Below the pieces are notes generated by a model. It did no database searches, was not told where the DNA came from, and worked only from the letters and a program-made list of their open reading frames with translations. Of a DNA stretch of 64,000 nucleotides, positions 41,150-53,563 are shown in pieces; within the stretch, counting starts at the first letter, position 1; each line of letters starts with the position of its first letter. The translations under genes were made by a program, and so were the position numbers. The stretch is from Vicinamibacteria bacterium (lineage in GTDB: Bacteria; Acidobacteriota; Vicinamibacteria; Marinacidobacterales; Marinacidobacteraceae): contig OY821641.1 of NCBI GenBank assembly GCA_963555995.3, forward strand, positions 1,600,001 to 1,664,000, written 5' to 3'.

Positions 41150-42286
41150 CTAGCGCGGGACCCGTCCGCGGGCCAACGTGATGTCGGGGATTACGAGCGT
41201 CTCTCCCGCGGTCACTTCCGCCCAGCGCCACTGGTCCTGGAAGTCGAGCACGCCGGCGGCGGCCGCCTCGGCGATCAGGTGCGGGCTGGCGCTCCCGGTG
41301 TCCACCTGGATCGGGTGCACCCAGAGCAGCACGCGCCCCGGCCGCACCCCCGCGACGTGGAAGACGCCGTTCTCGTCGGCGAAGGCGCCGGGACCGGGGT
41401 GCACTCCGGCGCGCGCCTCGAACGTCTGCACGTAGGCGAAGCGGGCGGGCGCGCCGTTCAGGGTCACCCGGCCCGCCACCGCCCCCCGCGACGCGCCGAA
41501 CCCGAGAGCGGGGTAGAGCAGCGCCATCGCCACCCGGTCGTCCTCGCTCAGCTCCCCCTGCTCGCTGGTGTACGCCATCGTCGGCGACGGCCGGAAGACC
41601 GGCGGCGCCCTGTCCTCGCGGACCAGGAAGATCGGCACCGGGTACGGCTCGGTGTGCATCAGGCCGAAACAGTGGCCGATCTCGTGGGTGACCACGTTCG
41701 TGAGTTCCTGCTCGACGATGCCCTCCGCGAACCAGTAGTCCGGGAACGCCGGATTGATCCGCACGTCGCATTCCTGGATCCGGTCGCCGGAGGGGTCCCA
41801 GCCGGCCAGCTCCGCGATGCTGGCGGTGCCGCGCACCTGCCCCTCGAACTGCGGCCAGAAGTACACGTCGTTGCTGCCGTTGATTCCGAGGTCGGCGGTG
41901 TTGGCGGCGGCCCCCCCGACCACCGCCACCCGCAGCGCCGAGCCGGGAACCCGGTCCCAGCGCGCCACGGCGTTCCGGACGACGCGCGCCCACATGGCGG
42001 GGTCCACCGCGTCCGGAAGGGCGCCGGTGTCCGGGACCGTGAAGGTGACCGTGCCGATGCCGGGGTCCCAGCGCATGGCGGAGTCCGCCGCGGTGATGAG
42101 TTGATCGGGGCTGCGCGGCCGGAAGCGGTAGGCGTCCCCCGGGACCGCCAGGAGCAGCGCCGCGCCCGCGGCGGCGCCCAGCGCCCAGCCGGCCCCGCGG
42201 GCCGCGACGGAGCGCTTCCTCGGGAAGGGCCGGTCGAAGCCGTCGCCGCGAGGGAGACCGGGAGCGCCGGTGTCGAGACGTTTCAT
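41150..42286 (-). CDS. Matrixin/M10-like zinc metalloprotease with C-terminal carboxypeptidase-regulatory-like domain
   Basis: HEIGHCFGLMH zinc motif, Met-turn PTMAY, LSEDD...LYP. Confidence 0.85.
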   Translation of the reverse strand: MKRLDTGAPGLPRGDGFDRPFPRKRSVAARGAGWALGAAAGAALLLAVPGDAYRFRPRSPDQLITAADSAMRWDPGIGTVTFTVPDTGALPDAVDPAMWARVVRNAVARWDRVPGSALRVAVVGGAAANTADLGINGSNDVYFWPQFEGQVRGTASIAELAGWDPSGDRIQECDVRINPAFPDYWFAEGIVEQELTNVVTHEIGHCFGLMHTEPYPVPIFLVREDRAPPVFRPSPTMAYTSEQGELSEDDRVAMALLYPALGFGASRGAVAGRVTLNGAPARFAYVQTFEARAGVHPGPGAFADENGVFHVAGVRPGRVLLWVHPIQVDTGSASPHLIAEAAAAGVLDFQDQWRWAEVTAGETLVIPDITLARGRVPR

Positions 42287-42309
42287 CGAATTCGGGTTCT
42301 CCGGGGTCG

Positions 42310-43752
42310 CTACTCCGGGCCGAAGGCGTAGAGGGCCTCGACGGTGCGGATGTAGAGGCGGGAGGGCGCGATGGCCGGGGTGGCGTACACCGCTTCCCCG
42401 AGCGGGTTGACCTGGACGACGTCGAGTTCCGCAGTCGTCTCGCCCGGGTCGAGCGGGCGCACCACGGCCGCGAGGCCCAGCTCGCTCACGAAGTAGATCT
42501 TGCCGTCGGCGGCGACCGGGGAGGCGTAGTAGGCGTCCACCGCGCCCGCGAGCCGCGCCTGGGAGAGCATGGCGCCGGTATCCGGGTCGAGTGCGGTCAC
42601 GATGCCTCCGTCGTTGACCATGTAGAGGACGCCGCCGTAGAGCAGTGGCGAGGGGAGCTGCGGCACCCGCCGCCGGTAGCTCCAGACGGTGTTCGGTTCC
42701 GTCAGGTCGCCGGCCTCTCCGGGGGCGCCCGGGCGGATCGCCAGGATGCCGTTCTGGGAGGAAAGGACCGCCTCGTAGTAGGCCCAGTCGCCGGCCTCCA
42801 GGTTTCCATTGCTGTTCAGGTCGATCACGTCGAACCAGAAGTCGGAGTGTCCGGCGGCCTCGGCGCGGGCGAGCACGCCGTCGCCGTCGGCGTCGGAGGC
42901 TGCGAGCGCCTCGGCGAACGTGGGTGGGGTGATCTGGTTGCCGGGCTGGTTCACCGGCGCCCCGTAGCCGTTGACGTAGATCAGGTCTCCCTCGAGCAGC
43001 GGGGTGGACTTCATCTCCCAGGGGAGTCCCCGGACCCACCAGCGGACGGCCCCGTCGGCCACGCCGTAGGCGGTGAGGAGGAAGCTTCCCGGCGCGAGAA
43101 TCTCGGGTCCGTCCGCCGTTTCCCGCAGGACCGGCGTGGAGTGGCCGCTCGTTGCTTCCGGGCGCGGGGTGCGCCAGAGGATCTCCCCGTCCGTCCGATC
43201 GAACGCGACGATCTCCGAGTTGAGGTTCTGGTCGAGCACCAGGATCACGGTATCCCCGGCGAGGATCGGGGAGGCGCCCATCCCGTAGTAGTTGTCGAAG
43301 GGGCCGAGCGGCTGACGCCACGCCTCCCTGCCCTCGCCGTCGTAGCCGATCAGGCCAAGGTCGGGAAAGAACGAGTACACCCCGTCGCCCGTCGCGGCGA
43401 CGCTGGGGGAGGCCGCGTTGTTCCGGGAATCCACCTCGGTCACGCGCTCCCGCTTCGCCGCCGCACGCCACAGTTCCTCTCCGGTCTCGGGATCGAGCGC
43501 GATGGTCAGGAACTCGTTCTCGACGAATGCCGTCACGTGCACGCGGCCGCCCGCGAGGATCGGCGAGGAGTGTCCCGGCGGGAGCGGCGTCCGGAAGATC
43601 AGCGCCCGGTCGGGCCCGAAGACGACCGGGAGTTCCCCGTCGGGACCGATGCCGGTCCCGTTGGGGCCGCGGAACCGGTCCCATTCGGACGCGGCGGCAG
43701 GGGCTGCCATGCCGATGCAAGTGATGACGGGGAGGACGCGGCGAAAACTCAT
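42310..43752 (-). CDS. PQQ-like beta-propeller protein with EF-hand-like insertion
   Basis: WDRFRGPNG; Ca-binding-like loops DADGDGVL..E and DLNSNGNL. Confidence 0.85.
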   Translation of the reverse strand: MSFRRVLPVITCIGMAAPAAASEWDRFRGPNGTGIGPDGELPVVFGPDRALIFRTPLPPGHSSPILAGGRVHVTAFVENEFLTIALDPETGEELWRAAAKRERVTEVDSRNNAASPSVAATGDGVYSFFPDLGLIGYDGEGREAWRQPLGPFDNYYGMGASPILAGDTVILVLDQNLNSEIVAFDRTDGEILWRTPRPEATSGHSTPVLRETADGPEILAPGSFLLTAYGVADGAVRWWVRGLPWEMKSTPLLEGDLIYVNGYGAPVNQPGNQITPPTFAEALAASDADGDGVLARAEAAGHSDFWFDVIDLNSNGNLEAGDWAYYEAVLSSQNGILAIRPGAPGEAGDLTEPNTVWSYRRRVPQLPSPLLYGGVLYMVNDGGIVTALDPDTGAMLSQARLAGAVDAYYASPVAADGKIYFVSELGLAAVVRPLDPGETTAELDVVQVNPLGEAVYATPAIAPSRLYIRTVEALYAFGPE

Positions 43753-43887
43753 GAGAAGGCCCGGGAACTTTACGGCTCTCGGGGTGTCAACCCAATAGTG
43801 TCGCGGGGCGACGGGCGGCGGTGGCGGCCGTACGCAGCCGTGAGGGTGGATGAAGTTGCGATGTGCGCGGCGCGGAGCGCCGCTGGT

Positions 43888-43910
43888 GCCGGTCTGGAGA
43901 CCGGCGTTCC
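43888..43910 (-). repeat. REP-like palindrome
   Basis: GCCGGTCTGGAGACCGGCGTTCC, same family and same flank (GCGCGGCGCGGAGCGCCGC) as the 23074 copy. Confidence 0.85.
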
Positions 43911-43988
43911 AAGCCGCATGCGTCGTGAGGGTGGATGGGGTTGTGCCGGTCGGAAGGCCGCTACCGCGAGAACCGGCCGGCGCTTCCT

Positions 43989-45886
<1,898 letters not shown>

Positions 45887-45890
<4 letters not shown>

Positions 45891-47257
45891 CGCTGGTCCC
45901 TCGTGCCGTCGGCCGCCGCGGCGGCGTCCTCGGCGATCGCGTACAGGTGCTCCGTGCCGCGCAGGTAGATCGTGCCGTCCACGACGGCCGGGGAAGCCAT
46001 CACCGGCTCGTCCACGCTGTTCGTCGCCAGGACCTCGAACTGCGGCCCCGGACGGATCACGTGGGTGTCCCCGTCCTCGCTGGTCAGGTAGATGCGCTCG
46101 CCCGCCACCACCGGCGACGAGAAGAACCGGGACGGGAGCGGCATCCGGCCCCCCTCGTAGAGGACGTCGCCGGTCGCACCGTCGAGCGCGGTCAGGATGC
46201 CGCCGTCGCTGACGAGGTAGAGCACGCCCCGGTGGAAGACGGGTGACGGGACGTAGCCCTGCCCCTTCCGGTAGTCCCAGCGGAGCGAGCCGTCTTCGAG
46301 GTCGAGCGCCAGGATGTTCTTCCGGGGGTACCCCGTCGCGGCGAACACGAGTCCGTCGCCGGAGGCCACCGGGCTCGGCACCGCGTTGCCCCCGAGTCCT
46401 TCCACGCGCCAGCGCTCTTCGCCCGAATCCGCCCCGTAAGCGACGATCTCGTCCGTCCCCATCGCGATCAAGAGCGGGGGGCCGGCCGCGGATGGTGCCA
46501 CCACCGGTGTCGCCCAGCCCACCCGCTGGGCCCGCTCTGCCCGCCAGCGAATGGCGCCGGTGGCGATGTCGAGCGCCGCGATGAAGGACCCGTCACCCTC
46601 CTCCACGTCGCTCTGGACCACGACGAGTCCGGCGGCCGCGATGAGCACGGGAGAGGTCGCCACCCCCATCCCCAGGGTTCCGACGCCCCCGAAGTCCTGG
46701 GACCAGAGGAGGTCTCCCTCCACGCTGAACGCGTAGAGACCCTGCGTCCCGAACCAGGCGACGACCCGCTCGCCGTCGCTCACCGGGGTGGGATTCGCGT
46801 AGGAGCCGATCCGGTGGCGGTTGTCGTAGGGAAGCGCGCCGGCCCGCACTTCCCGGCGCCAGCGCAGCGCTCCGCTCCGGCGGTCCAGAGCGAGCAGCAG
46901 CACGTCCAGCCGCTGGTCGGCGCCCAGGCTGTCGGGGTGGAGGAACTCCTCGCTGCCGAGGAAATGGACGATCGCGCCGTGCCCGTGGACCTTCTCCCCC
47001 GAGATCGCGCTGGTCAGGAAGATCAGGTCTCCGACCACAATCGGCGACGAATGCCCCCGGCCCTCGACCGCCGCCTTCCAGACGACGTTCTCGTCGGCGC
47101 TCCAGCGGAGCGGGGCGCCGGACTCCGCCTGTGCCCGTCCTCCGGGGCCGCGCCACTGGGGCCAGTCTGTTGCCGGGTCCTGGGCGGCCCCCGCGGTCGC
47201 CAGACACGCCGACAGGACGGCCGCAAGCCGGACGGCGCGATCGGGCGAAAGCGTCAC
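45887..47257 (-). CDS. PQQ-like beta-propeller secreted protein
   Basis: DWPQWRGP, GHSSPIV, PTPVSDG. Confidence 0.85.
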
Positions 47258-48630
47258 CGCGGAGGCGTCGTCGCGCCCGCGCCGGGAGACCGGAACGCGT
47301 AGAGGTGGTCCACCCCGCGCATGAAGACGGTCCCGCCCGCCATGGCCGGGGAAGCCCAGATGGCTTCCGGCAGGGAGCTCTCGGCGACGATCTCGAACTC
47401 CTCCTCGGCCCGGAACACCGTCAGGTCGCCCTCGAGGCTGCCGATCAGGACCTGTCCCTCGTACCCGACCGGCGAGGAGTTGTAGCGGCCCGGGTTCGTG
47501 GGGCGGGCCTGGAAATGGAGCGAACCGTCCTCCGGATCGAGCGCGGTGATCACGCCGCCGTCCGACAGGAAGAACAGGATGCCCTGGTAGAGGAGCGCCG
47601 AGGGGAGGTATCCGGTCCCCCGCTCGTAGGTCCAGCGGACGCGGGGTTCGGCCCCCGGCAGCACTTCGAGGGCCCGCATCTCCTTGCCGGGGTAGCCCGT
47701 CGAGACGAAGACGAGGCGGCCGTCGCCGAAGGGCCGGTGGACCGGGGTGTGGACGGGGGCCGAGTCCTCGAAGGGCGCCGTCCGCCAGAGTTCGACGCCG
47801 TTTCCGGCGTCGTAGGCGCCGAGGAAGTGGTAGCCGGGCACGAAGAGCTGGGTGACGCCCCCGACCGGCAGCAGCGCCGGAGTCGCCCAGGCTTTGCGCG
47901 CCCGCCGCTCAGTGCTCCAAGCGATCTCTCCGCTGCGGCGGTCCACCGCGAAGATACGCGAGCCCTCGCCGTCGTCGTTGTCGTGGACGAGGATCAAGGT
48001 CTCGCCGTGCAGCACCGGATTGATCCCGTGGCCGAGCCCCCAGACGCCGTAATCGCCGAGATCGGTCGCCCAGACGGGGTCCCCGTCCAGCGTGAAGGCG
48101 AACAGGCCCTGATTGCCGAAAGAGAAGTAGACCCGCTCCCCGTCGGCGATCGCCGTCAGCGAGGCGTAGGTGTTCGACCGGTACCGGTTGTCGTACACGG
48201 GGCCGTCATGGACCGTCCGCCGCCACACCTCGCGTCCCGTCCGCGCGTCGTAGGCGAGCGCCAGCAGGGTGTGATGGAGGTCCCCGGCCGTGCTCCCGCC
48301 GTGCAGGTACACCTCGCCGTTCCGGACATGCACCGGCGGCTCCCGCCCGGGAATCGGATCGCCGGTGACGGCGGCCGAGACGAAGACGAGCTCGCCCCAC
48401 ACGACCGGTGACGAATGCCCCTCGCCCGGGGTCGCCGTCTTCCAGAGCCCGTTCTTGTCCGGGTCGAACCGGACCGGCAGCCCGGTCTCGGTGGAGACGC
48501 CGTTCGCGGCCGGCCCGCGCCAGGCGGGCCAGTTGGCGGGCTGCTCGGCGCCCGCCGCCGATTGGGCGGCGGGCGCGCCGAAAGCCAGGGCGCCCAGGAG
48601 CAGGACGGCGGCGGGCGGACGGAGGCGCAT
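47254..48630 (-). CDS. PQQ-like beta-propeller secreted protein
   Basis: NWPAWRGP, GHSSPVV; paralog of the downstream gene. Confidence 0.85.
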   Translation of the reverse strand: MRLRPPAAVLLLGALAFGAPAAQSAAGAEQPANWPAWRGPAANGVSTETGLPVRFDPDKNGLWKTATPGEGHSSPVVWGELVFVSAAVTGDPIPGREPPVHVRNGEVYLHGGSTAGDLHHTLLALAYDARTGREVWRRTVHDGPVYDNRYRSNTYASLTAIADGERVYFSFGNQGLFAFTLDGDPVWATDLGDYGVWGLGHGINPVLHGETLILVHDNDDGEGSRIFAVDRRSGEIAWSTERRARKAWATPALLPVGGVTQLFVPGYHFLGAYDAGNGVELWRTAPFEDSAPVHTPVHRPFGDGRLVFVSTGYPGKEMRALEVLPGAEPRVRWTYERGTGYLPSALLYQGILFFLSDGGVITALDPEDGSLHFQARPTNPGRYNSSPVGYEGQVLIGSLEGDLTVFRAEEEFEIVAESSLPEAIWASPAMAGGTVFMRGVDHLYAFRSPGAGATTPPR

Positions 48631-48698
48631 CGGCGGTGCCGCGTATTGTGCCTCCCCGAGGGTCGTTCGGGTGACGCCCACTAGACTTCCTGCCCATC

Positions 48699-50153
48699 AT
48701 GGGTCCCCGAAACCCCCGCCGCGACGTCGCCGCGGCATCCGCCGTCTGGACGGCGACCGTCCTGTTCGCCACCGTCGCACCGGCCCAGGACTGGCCGATG
48801 TGGGGGGGGACTGCGGACCGGAACATGGTCTCCGACAGCCCCGCCCGGCTCCCCTCCGAGTGGGACGTGAACAGCGGGCACAACGTGCGCTGGGTGGCGG
48901 CGCTCGGCTCGCAGACCTACGGGAACCCGGTGGTGGCGGGAGGCCGGATCTTCGTCGGCACCAACAACGAGGCGCTCTACGACGAGGAGGTCGTGGGCGA
49001 CAAGGGGATCCTCCTCGCCCTCGATGCCGCGACCGGCGAGTTCCTCTGGCAGATGGTCTCCGACAAGCTCGTCTCCGGCCGGGTGAACGACTGGCCCTAC
49101 CAGGGGATCTGCTCCTCGCCGCTCGTGGAGGGCGACCGCCTCTACTACGTGACGAACCGGGGCGAACTGCTGGCCCTCGACGTCCACGGCATGGCGAACG
49201 GGAACGACGGGCCCGTGACCGACGAGGCGCGCCAGTCCCCGACCGACGGGGACGTCCTCTGGCGGCTCGACATGATGGAGGAACTGGGCTCCTTCCCCCA
49301 CAACATGTCGAACTCGAACCCGGTCGTCCACGGGGACCTCATCTTCGTGAACACCTCGAACGGCCACGACGAGAGCCACGTGAACCTTCCTTCGCCGTCC
49401 GCCCCCGCGATCATCGCGGTGCACAAGGAGACCGGCGAGCTCGTCTGGGCGGCGAACCAGGTCGGAGAGAACGTCCTGCACGGGCAGTGGTCCGCCGCCG
49501 GAGTGGCCGAGGTGGGCGGCGTCACCCAGGTCGTCATGGGCGAAGGGGACGGCTGGGTCCGGGGGTACGAGGCCGGCACCGGCGAGACGCTCTGGTGGTT
49601 CGACACGAATCCCGCGGACTCGGTCTGGCCGCGCACCCGGAACAACGTCATCTCCACCCCGGTCATCCACAGCGATCGGCTCTACATCGCGAACGGCCAG
49701 GACCCGGAGCACGGCGAGGGGGTCGGCCATCTCTACGCGATTGACGCCACCCAGCGGGGCGACATCACCGAGACCGGCCGGCTCTGGCACTACGACGCGA
49801 TCCGGCGCAGCATCTCCACCGGCGCGCTCCGGGACGGCATCTTCTACCTGCCCGATTTCTCCGGCTTCCTCCACGCCGTGGACATCGAGACCGGCGAGCC
49901 GCTCTGGGTGCACGACACCTTCGCGGCCGTCTGGGGATCGCCGGTCATCGCGGACGGCAAGCTGTACCTGGGGGACGAAGACGGGGACATCGTGGTGCTC
50001 CGGCCGGGGCGGGCCGAGGAGGTCATCGCCGAAATGAACATGGGCGGCTCGGTCTATTCCAGCGCCGTTCCGGCGAACGGCGTCCTCTACATCGCGAGCC
50101 ACAACCAGCTCTTCGCCCTCGAGGAGCAGGACGCCGCCGGCGGCGGTCGCTGA
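48699..50153 (+). CDS. PQQ-like beta-propeller secreted protein
   Basis: DWPMWGG...RNMV, GSQTYGNPVV, GICSSP, GQDPEHGEG. Confidence 0.85.
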   Translation: MGPRNPRRDVAAASAVWTATVLFATVAPAQDWPMWGGTADRNMVSDSPARLPSEWDVNSGHNVRWVAALGSQTYGNPVVAGGRIFVGTNNEALYDEEVVGDKGILLALDAATGEFLWQMVSDKLVSGRVNDWPYQGICSSPLVEGDRLYYVTNRGELLALDVHGMANGNDGPVTDEARQSPTDGDVLWRLDMMEELGSFPHNMSNSNPVVHGDLIFVNTSNGHDESHVNLPSPSAPAIIAVHKETGELVWAANQVGENVLHGQWSAAGVAEVGGVTQVVMGEGDGWVRGYEAGTGETLWWFDTNPADSVWPRTRNNVISTPVIHSDRLYIANGQDPEHGEGVGHLYAIDATQRGDITETGRLWHYDAIRRSISTGALRDGIFYLPDFSGFLHAVDIETGEPLWVHDTFAAVWGSPVIADGKLYLGDEDGDIVVLRPGRAEEVIAEMNMGGSVYSSAVPANGVLYIASHNQLFALEEQDAAGGGR

Positions 50154-50409
50154 TCCCGGGACCCAGAGGCGCGCCGGTCTTCGGACCGGCATCGCCAGCA
50201 GAAGACTCGCGGGATGCACCGAGAGACGGAAGGCCATGGCGGCAAGAGTCGTCGGCCTCGATGGATGGAGGGGTGGCTGGATTTCCGCCGTGGGCGATCG
50301 CGGCACGCCGCGGGGTGTCAACACCGGATAGCGCCTCGCGGGCTGCGCCCGGGAACAACGCGTCGCGGCGATTGCACCGGAACGGGAAGAACCGACGATG
50401 ACGACATTC

Positions 50410-50459
50410 GAAATATGGATCGTGTTCCATATTTCCGTTCGGAATATGGATCGTGTTCC
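50410..50459. repeat. AT-rich palindrome / direct repeat (second REP-like family or operator)
   Basis: GAAATATGGA-tcgtgt-TCCATATTTC (50410-50435); AATATGGATCGTGTTCC repeated at 50412 and 50443. Confidence 0.75.
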
Positions 50460-50504
50460 GCGAAACGCCGCTGATGGCAGAGCCGAAGGTACGCTAGAGC
50501 GGCC

Positions 50505-51716
50505 ATGGAGGTAGCGCCGACCGAAGGCCCGGGAACCAACGGCGTGGATCTCCGTCCCGGGAGTCTTCCCGGAACCTGGCGCCTCCCGACCGGGCCGTCG
50601 CCCCTGGTCCGCTCCGGTCCCGGCGCGCTCGCCGCTCTCGGCGAACTCGCCCGGGGCCTCGGACTGCGGCGGACCCTCGTCACGTCAGACCCCGGGATCG
50701 TGTCCGCCGGGATCGCGGAGCACGCCGCGGCGAGCCTCCGGGAAGCCGGTGTCGAGGCGGCGGTGTTCTCGGACTTCGGCGAGAACCCGACCGAATCCGA
50801 CGTCGCCAACGCGGCGGTGGCGGCGCGCGCCCTGAAGGCGGACTCGCTGGCCGGCGTGGGGGGAGGAAGCTCGCTGGACGCCGCCAAGGGGGCGGGGTTC
50901 GTCCTCGCCGGCGGCGGCCGGATGGAGGACTACCGGGGCTACGACACGTGCCCGCATCCCCTGCCCCCACTGCTCGGCGTCCCGACCACGGCGGGAACCG
51001 GCAGCGAAGCGCAGTCCTACGCGCTCATCTCGCGGGACCGGGACCACCAAAAACTTGCGTGCGGCGCCGCCTCCGCGATGTTTCGCGCGGTCATCCTCGA
51101 CCCGACGCTGCTCCCCTCGGCGCCTCCGGAGGTGATTGCGGCGACCGGCTTCGATTCCATCGCCCACGCGGTGGAAACGGCGGTGACTTCCGGGCGGACC
51201 GACGAGTCGGTGGCCCTCAGCCACCGCGCCTTCGCGCTGCTGAGCCGGGCGTTCCCGCTGGTCACGGCCGGTGACGCCGACGCCGCCGCCTGGGAGGCCA
51301 TGCAGCGCGGCGCGTTCCTCGCGGGCGCGGCCATCGAGCGATCCATGCTCGGGGCCGCCCACGCCTGCGCGAACCCCCTGACCCGGCGGTTCGACGTGGC
51401 CCACGGCCGGGCGCTCGCCATCACCCTGCCCCGGGTGGTGCGCTGGAACGCCTCCTCCGCGACGGAGGCCTATCGCGATCTGCTGCGCGCCGCCGGGATC
51501 CCGCCGGGAGACGATCCCGCGGACACCCTCGCGAGCCGGCTCGACGCCTGGGTCGTCAGGGCGGGCCTGCCGCGGGAGCTCGCCGACGCGAGCGTCCACG
51601 ACCGCGACCTGCCGGCGCTCGCGGAGGAGGCCTCCGCCGAGTGGACCGGACGCTTCAATCCGCGCCCGTTCGATGCGGCGGGCGCCCTCGCCGTCTATCG
51701 TTCCGCCGTGGCATGA
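50505..51716 (+). CDS. Iron-containing alcohol dehydrogenase
   Basis: ENPT, GGGSSLDAAK, PTTAGTGSE, DSIAHAVE, HACAN, HG. Confidence 0.92.
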   Translation: MEVAPTEGPGTNGVDLRPGSLPGTWRLPTGPSPLVRSGPGALAALGELARGLGLRRTLVTSDPGIVSAGIAEHAAASLREAGVEAAVFSDFGENPTESDVANAAVAARALKADSLAGVGGGSSLDAAKGAGFVLAGGGRMEDYRGYDTCPHPLPPLLGVPTTAGTGSEAQSYALISRDRDHQKLACGAASAMFRAVILDPTLLPSAPPEVIAATGFDSIAHAVETAVTSGRTDESVALSHRAFALLSRAFPLVTAGDADAAAWEAMQRGAFLAGAAIERSMLGAAHACANPLTRRFDVAHGRALAITLPRVVRWNASSATEAYRDLLRAAGIPPGDDPADTLASRLDAWVVRAGLPRELADASVHDRDLPALAEEASAEWTGRFNPRPFDAAGALAVYRSAVA

Positions 51717-52861
51717 AGCGCACACTCGCTCTCACCCTCATCGTTCTCCCGCTGGCCGCCGGCGCCGCCGCGCAGGGCGGCGGCGACTGGCCCCAGTTCC
51801 GCCGGGACGCGGCGCTCACCGGCATCGCCGCCACGCCGCTCGGCGACGGGCTCGAACTGAAGTGGAGCGCGCCGCTCGGCTTCTCGGTGGAGTCCTCCCC
51901 CGCCGTCGCCGGCGGTTTCGTGTACGCGACCTCGCTACCGGGGGTGCTGGTGAAACTGGACCTCGCGGACGGCGCCGAGGCATGGCGCTATCGCCCCGGC
52001 GGCGCCGAAGCCGATGCCGGAGAGTTCGAGGAGGACCGCTTCGGGGAGTCCTCCCCGGCGGTGGCGGACGGCACGGTGTTCGTGGGGGACCTGATGGGGG
52101 TTCTCCATGCCCTCGACGCGGAGACCGGCGAGGTCCGCTGGCGCTTCGCGACCGGGGCCGAGATCAAGTCCTCGCCGGTGGTGGCCGGTGACCTCGTGCT
52201 CATCGGCAGCTACGACGAACACTTCTACGGCGTGGACCGCGCGACGGGCGAAGCCCGCTGGTCGCTCCAGACCGAAGGGCCCGTGCACGCCACCCCGGGG
52301 CGCCACGACGGCCTCGCCTGGGTGACGGGGTGCGACGCGGTGCTCCGCGGGGTGCGGATCACCGACGGGACCGAGATGCTTCGCTTCGACTCCGGCGCCT
52401 ATACCGCCGCCTCCCCCGCCATCGCGGACGGCACGCTCTACTACGGCACCTTCAACAACGAGGTGCTGGCGGTGGACGTGAAGGCCGGCAAGCTCCGGTG
52501 GCGCTACGAGCACCCGGAGCGGCACTTTCCCTTCTACGCCTCCGCGGCGGTCGCGGACGACCTGGTGATCGCCGCCGGCCGGGACAAGCTGGTCCACGCC
52601 CTCGACCGGCAGACGGGGGAGGCCCGCTGGGCCTTCCGCGCCCGCGCCCGCTTCGACGCCTCGCCGGCGGTGGCCGGGAACCGCGTGTACGCCGGGAACG
52701 CCGACGGCCGGCTCTACGTGCTGGACCTCGCCACCGGCGAGAAGCTCTCCGAGTTCCACGCGGGCGCCGCGATCATGGGCTCCCCCGCAATCGCCGGTGG
52801 ACGCATCGTCTTCGGCACCCAGGACGGCACGCTCTTCGCGCTTGGCCCGGCTTCCGACTGA
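51713..52861 (+). CDS. PQQ-like/BamB-type beta-propeller secreted protein
   Basis: Signal peptide MKRTLAL, DWPQFR, regular SSPAV...G.L.ALD..TG...W repeats. ATGA overlap with the Fe-ADH stop. Confidence 0.88.
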   Translation: MKRTLALTLIVLPLAAGAAAQGGGDWPQFRRDAALTGIAATPLGDGLELKWSAPLGFSVESSPAVAGGFVYATSLPGVLVKLDLADGAEAWRYRPGGAEADAGEFEEDRFGESSPAVADGTVFVGDLMGVLHALDAETGEVRWRFATGAEIKSSPVVAGDLVLIGSYDEHFYGVDRATGEARWSLQTEGPVHATPGRHDGLAWVTGCDAVLRGVRITDGTEMLRFDSGAYTAASPAIADGTLYYGTFNNEVLAVDVKAGKLRWRYEHPERHFPFYASAAVADDLVIAAGRDKLVHALDRQTGEARWAFRARARFDASPAVAGNRVYAGNADGRLYVLDLATGEKLSEFHAGAAIMGSPAIAGGRIVFGTQDGTLFALGPASD

Positions 52862-52876
52862 GGCCGGCCGCGGCGC

Positions 52877-53257
52877 TTAGTCGCCGCCCTGCGATCCGCT
52901 ACTCACCCGCACCCGGTCGCGCGTCGCCACGATCATTGCGCCGTCCACCATGGACTCTGCCTCGTCCCCAATCAGTTTCCGCATCGTGCTCACCTGCTCG
53001 GGCGCCGACAGGCGATGGAGCCGCACGATGCACGGGTGCGCCATTCCCCGAGCGAACACGAGTTCCCCGTAGTCCTTGTCCTCAGTGATGAGAACCCGTC
53101 CCTCACGGAGGGCCACGCCCATCAGGAACTCATCAGACTCGGGAGATGTGCGGCTGGCGATCACGACATCATGTCCTTCGCCGACCAGCATGGAGGTCAG
53201 CGCCCGCGAAGCGGTACAGACATCAACGAGAAACCGCAGCTGACGCTGCGGTTTCAT
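52877..53257 (-). CDS. DUF5615 PIN-like toxin (VapC45-like)
   Basis: RFLVDVC, GHDV, D..L...ALREGRVLITEDKDYGELVF. Confidence 0.85.
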   Translation of the reverse strand: MKPQRQLRFLVDVCTASRALTSMLVGEGHDVVIASRTSPESDEFLMGVALREGRVLITEDKDYGELVFARGMAHPCIVRLHRLSAPEQVSTMRKLIGDEAESMVDGAMIVATRDRVRVSSGSQGGD

Positions 53258-53508
53258 GCGACTCGAATCTGCTCGAAGACGCGCTCTCCCTCCATCGAGC
53301 GGTGCGCGTACACCAGGCATGCCTGGATGTCGTCTGGCTCCAGAATCGGAAACTCGTGCAGGATCGTCTCCGGGGTGTCGCCGGCGGCGAGCTTTCCCAG
53401 CACGTGCTCGACAGCGAATCGCATGCCCCGAATGATCGGCTTGCCGCCGAAGATACGGCGGTCCGCCGTAATGCGAGCGAGCAGTTCCCGTTCTCGTTCT
53501 CTGGTCAT
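53254..53508 (-). CDS. DUF433 antitoxin
   Basis: RITAD..IFGGKPIIRGMR...L..G...E.IL.EFP.LE..DIQACL.YA. Confidence 0.9.
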   Translation of the reverse strand: MTRERERELLARITADRRIFGGKPIIRGMRFAVEHVLGKLAAGDTPETILHEFPILEPDDIQACLVYAHRSMEGERVFEQIRVA

Positions 53509-53563
53509 CGGAGTGTTCCGCCCCGCAAAGATTAGCAGCGGTGCGCCGCCCCTTACGGCTTCC

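Noticed and set aside
43780-43792. TTGACA -35 promoter element (also near 50312)
   Set aside because: Spacing to the nearest -10-like hexamer is only about 12 nt, so it cannot be supported as a promoter.
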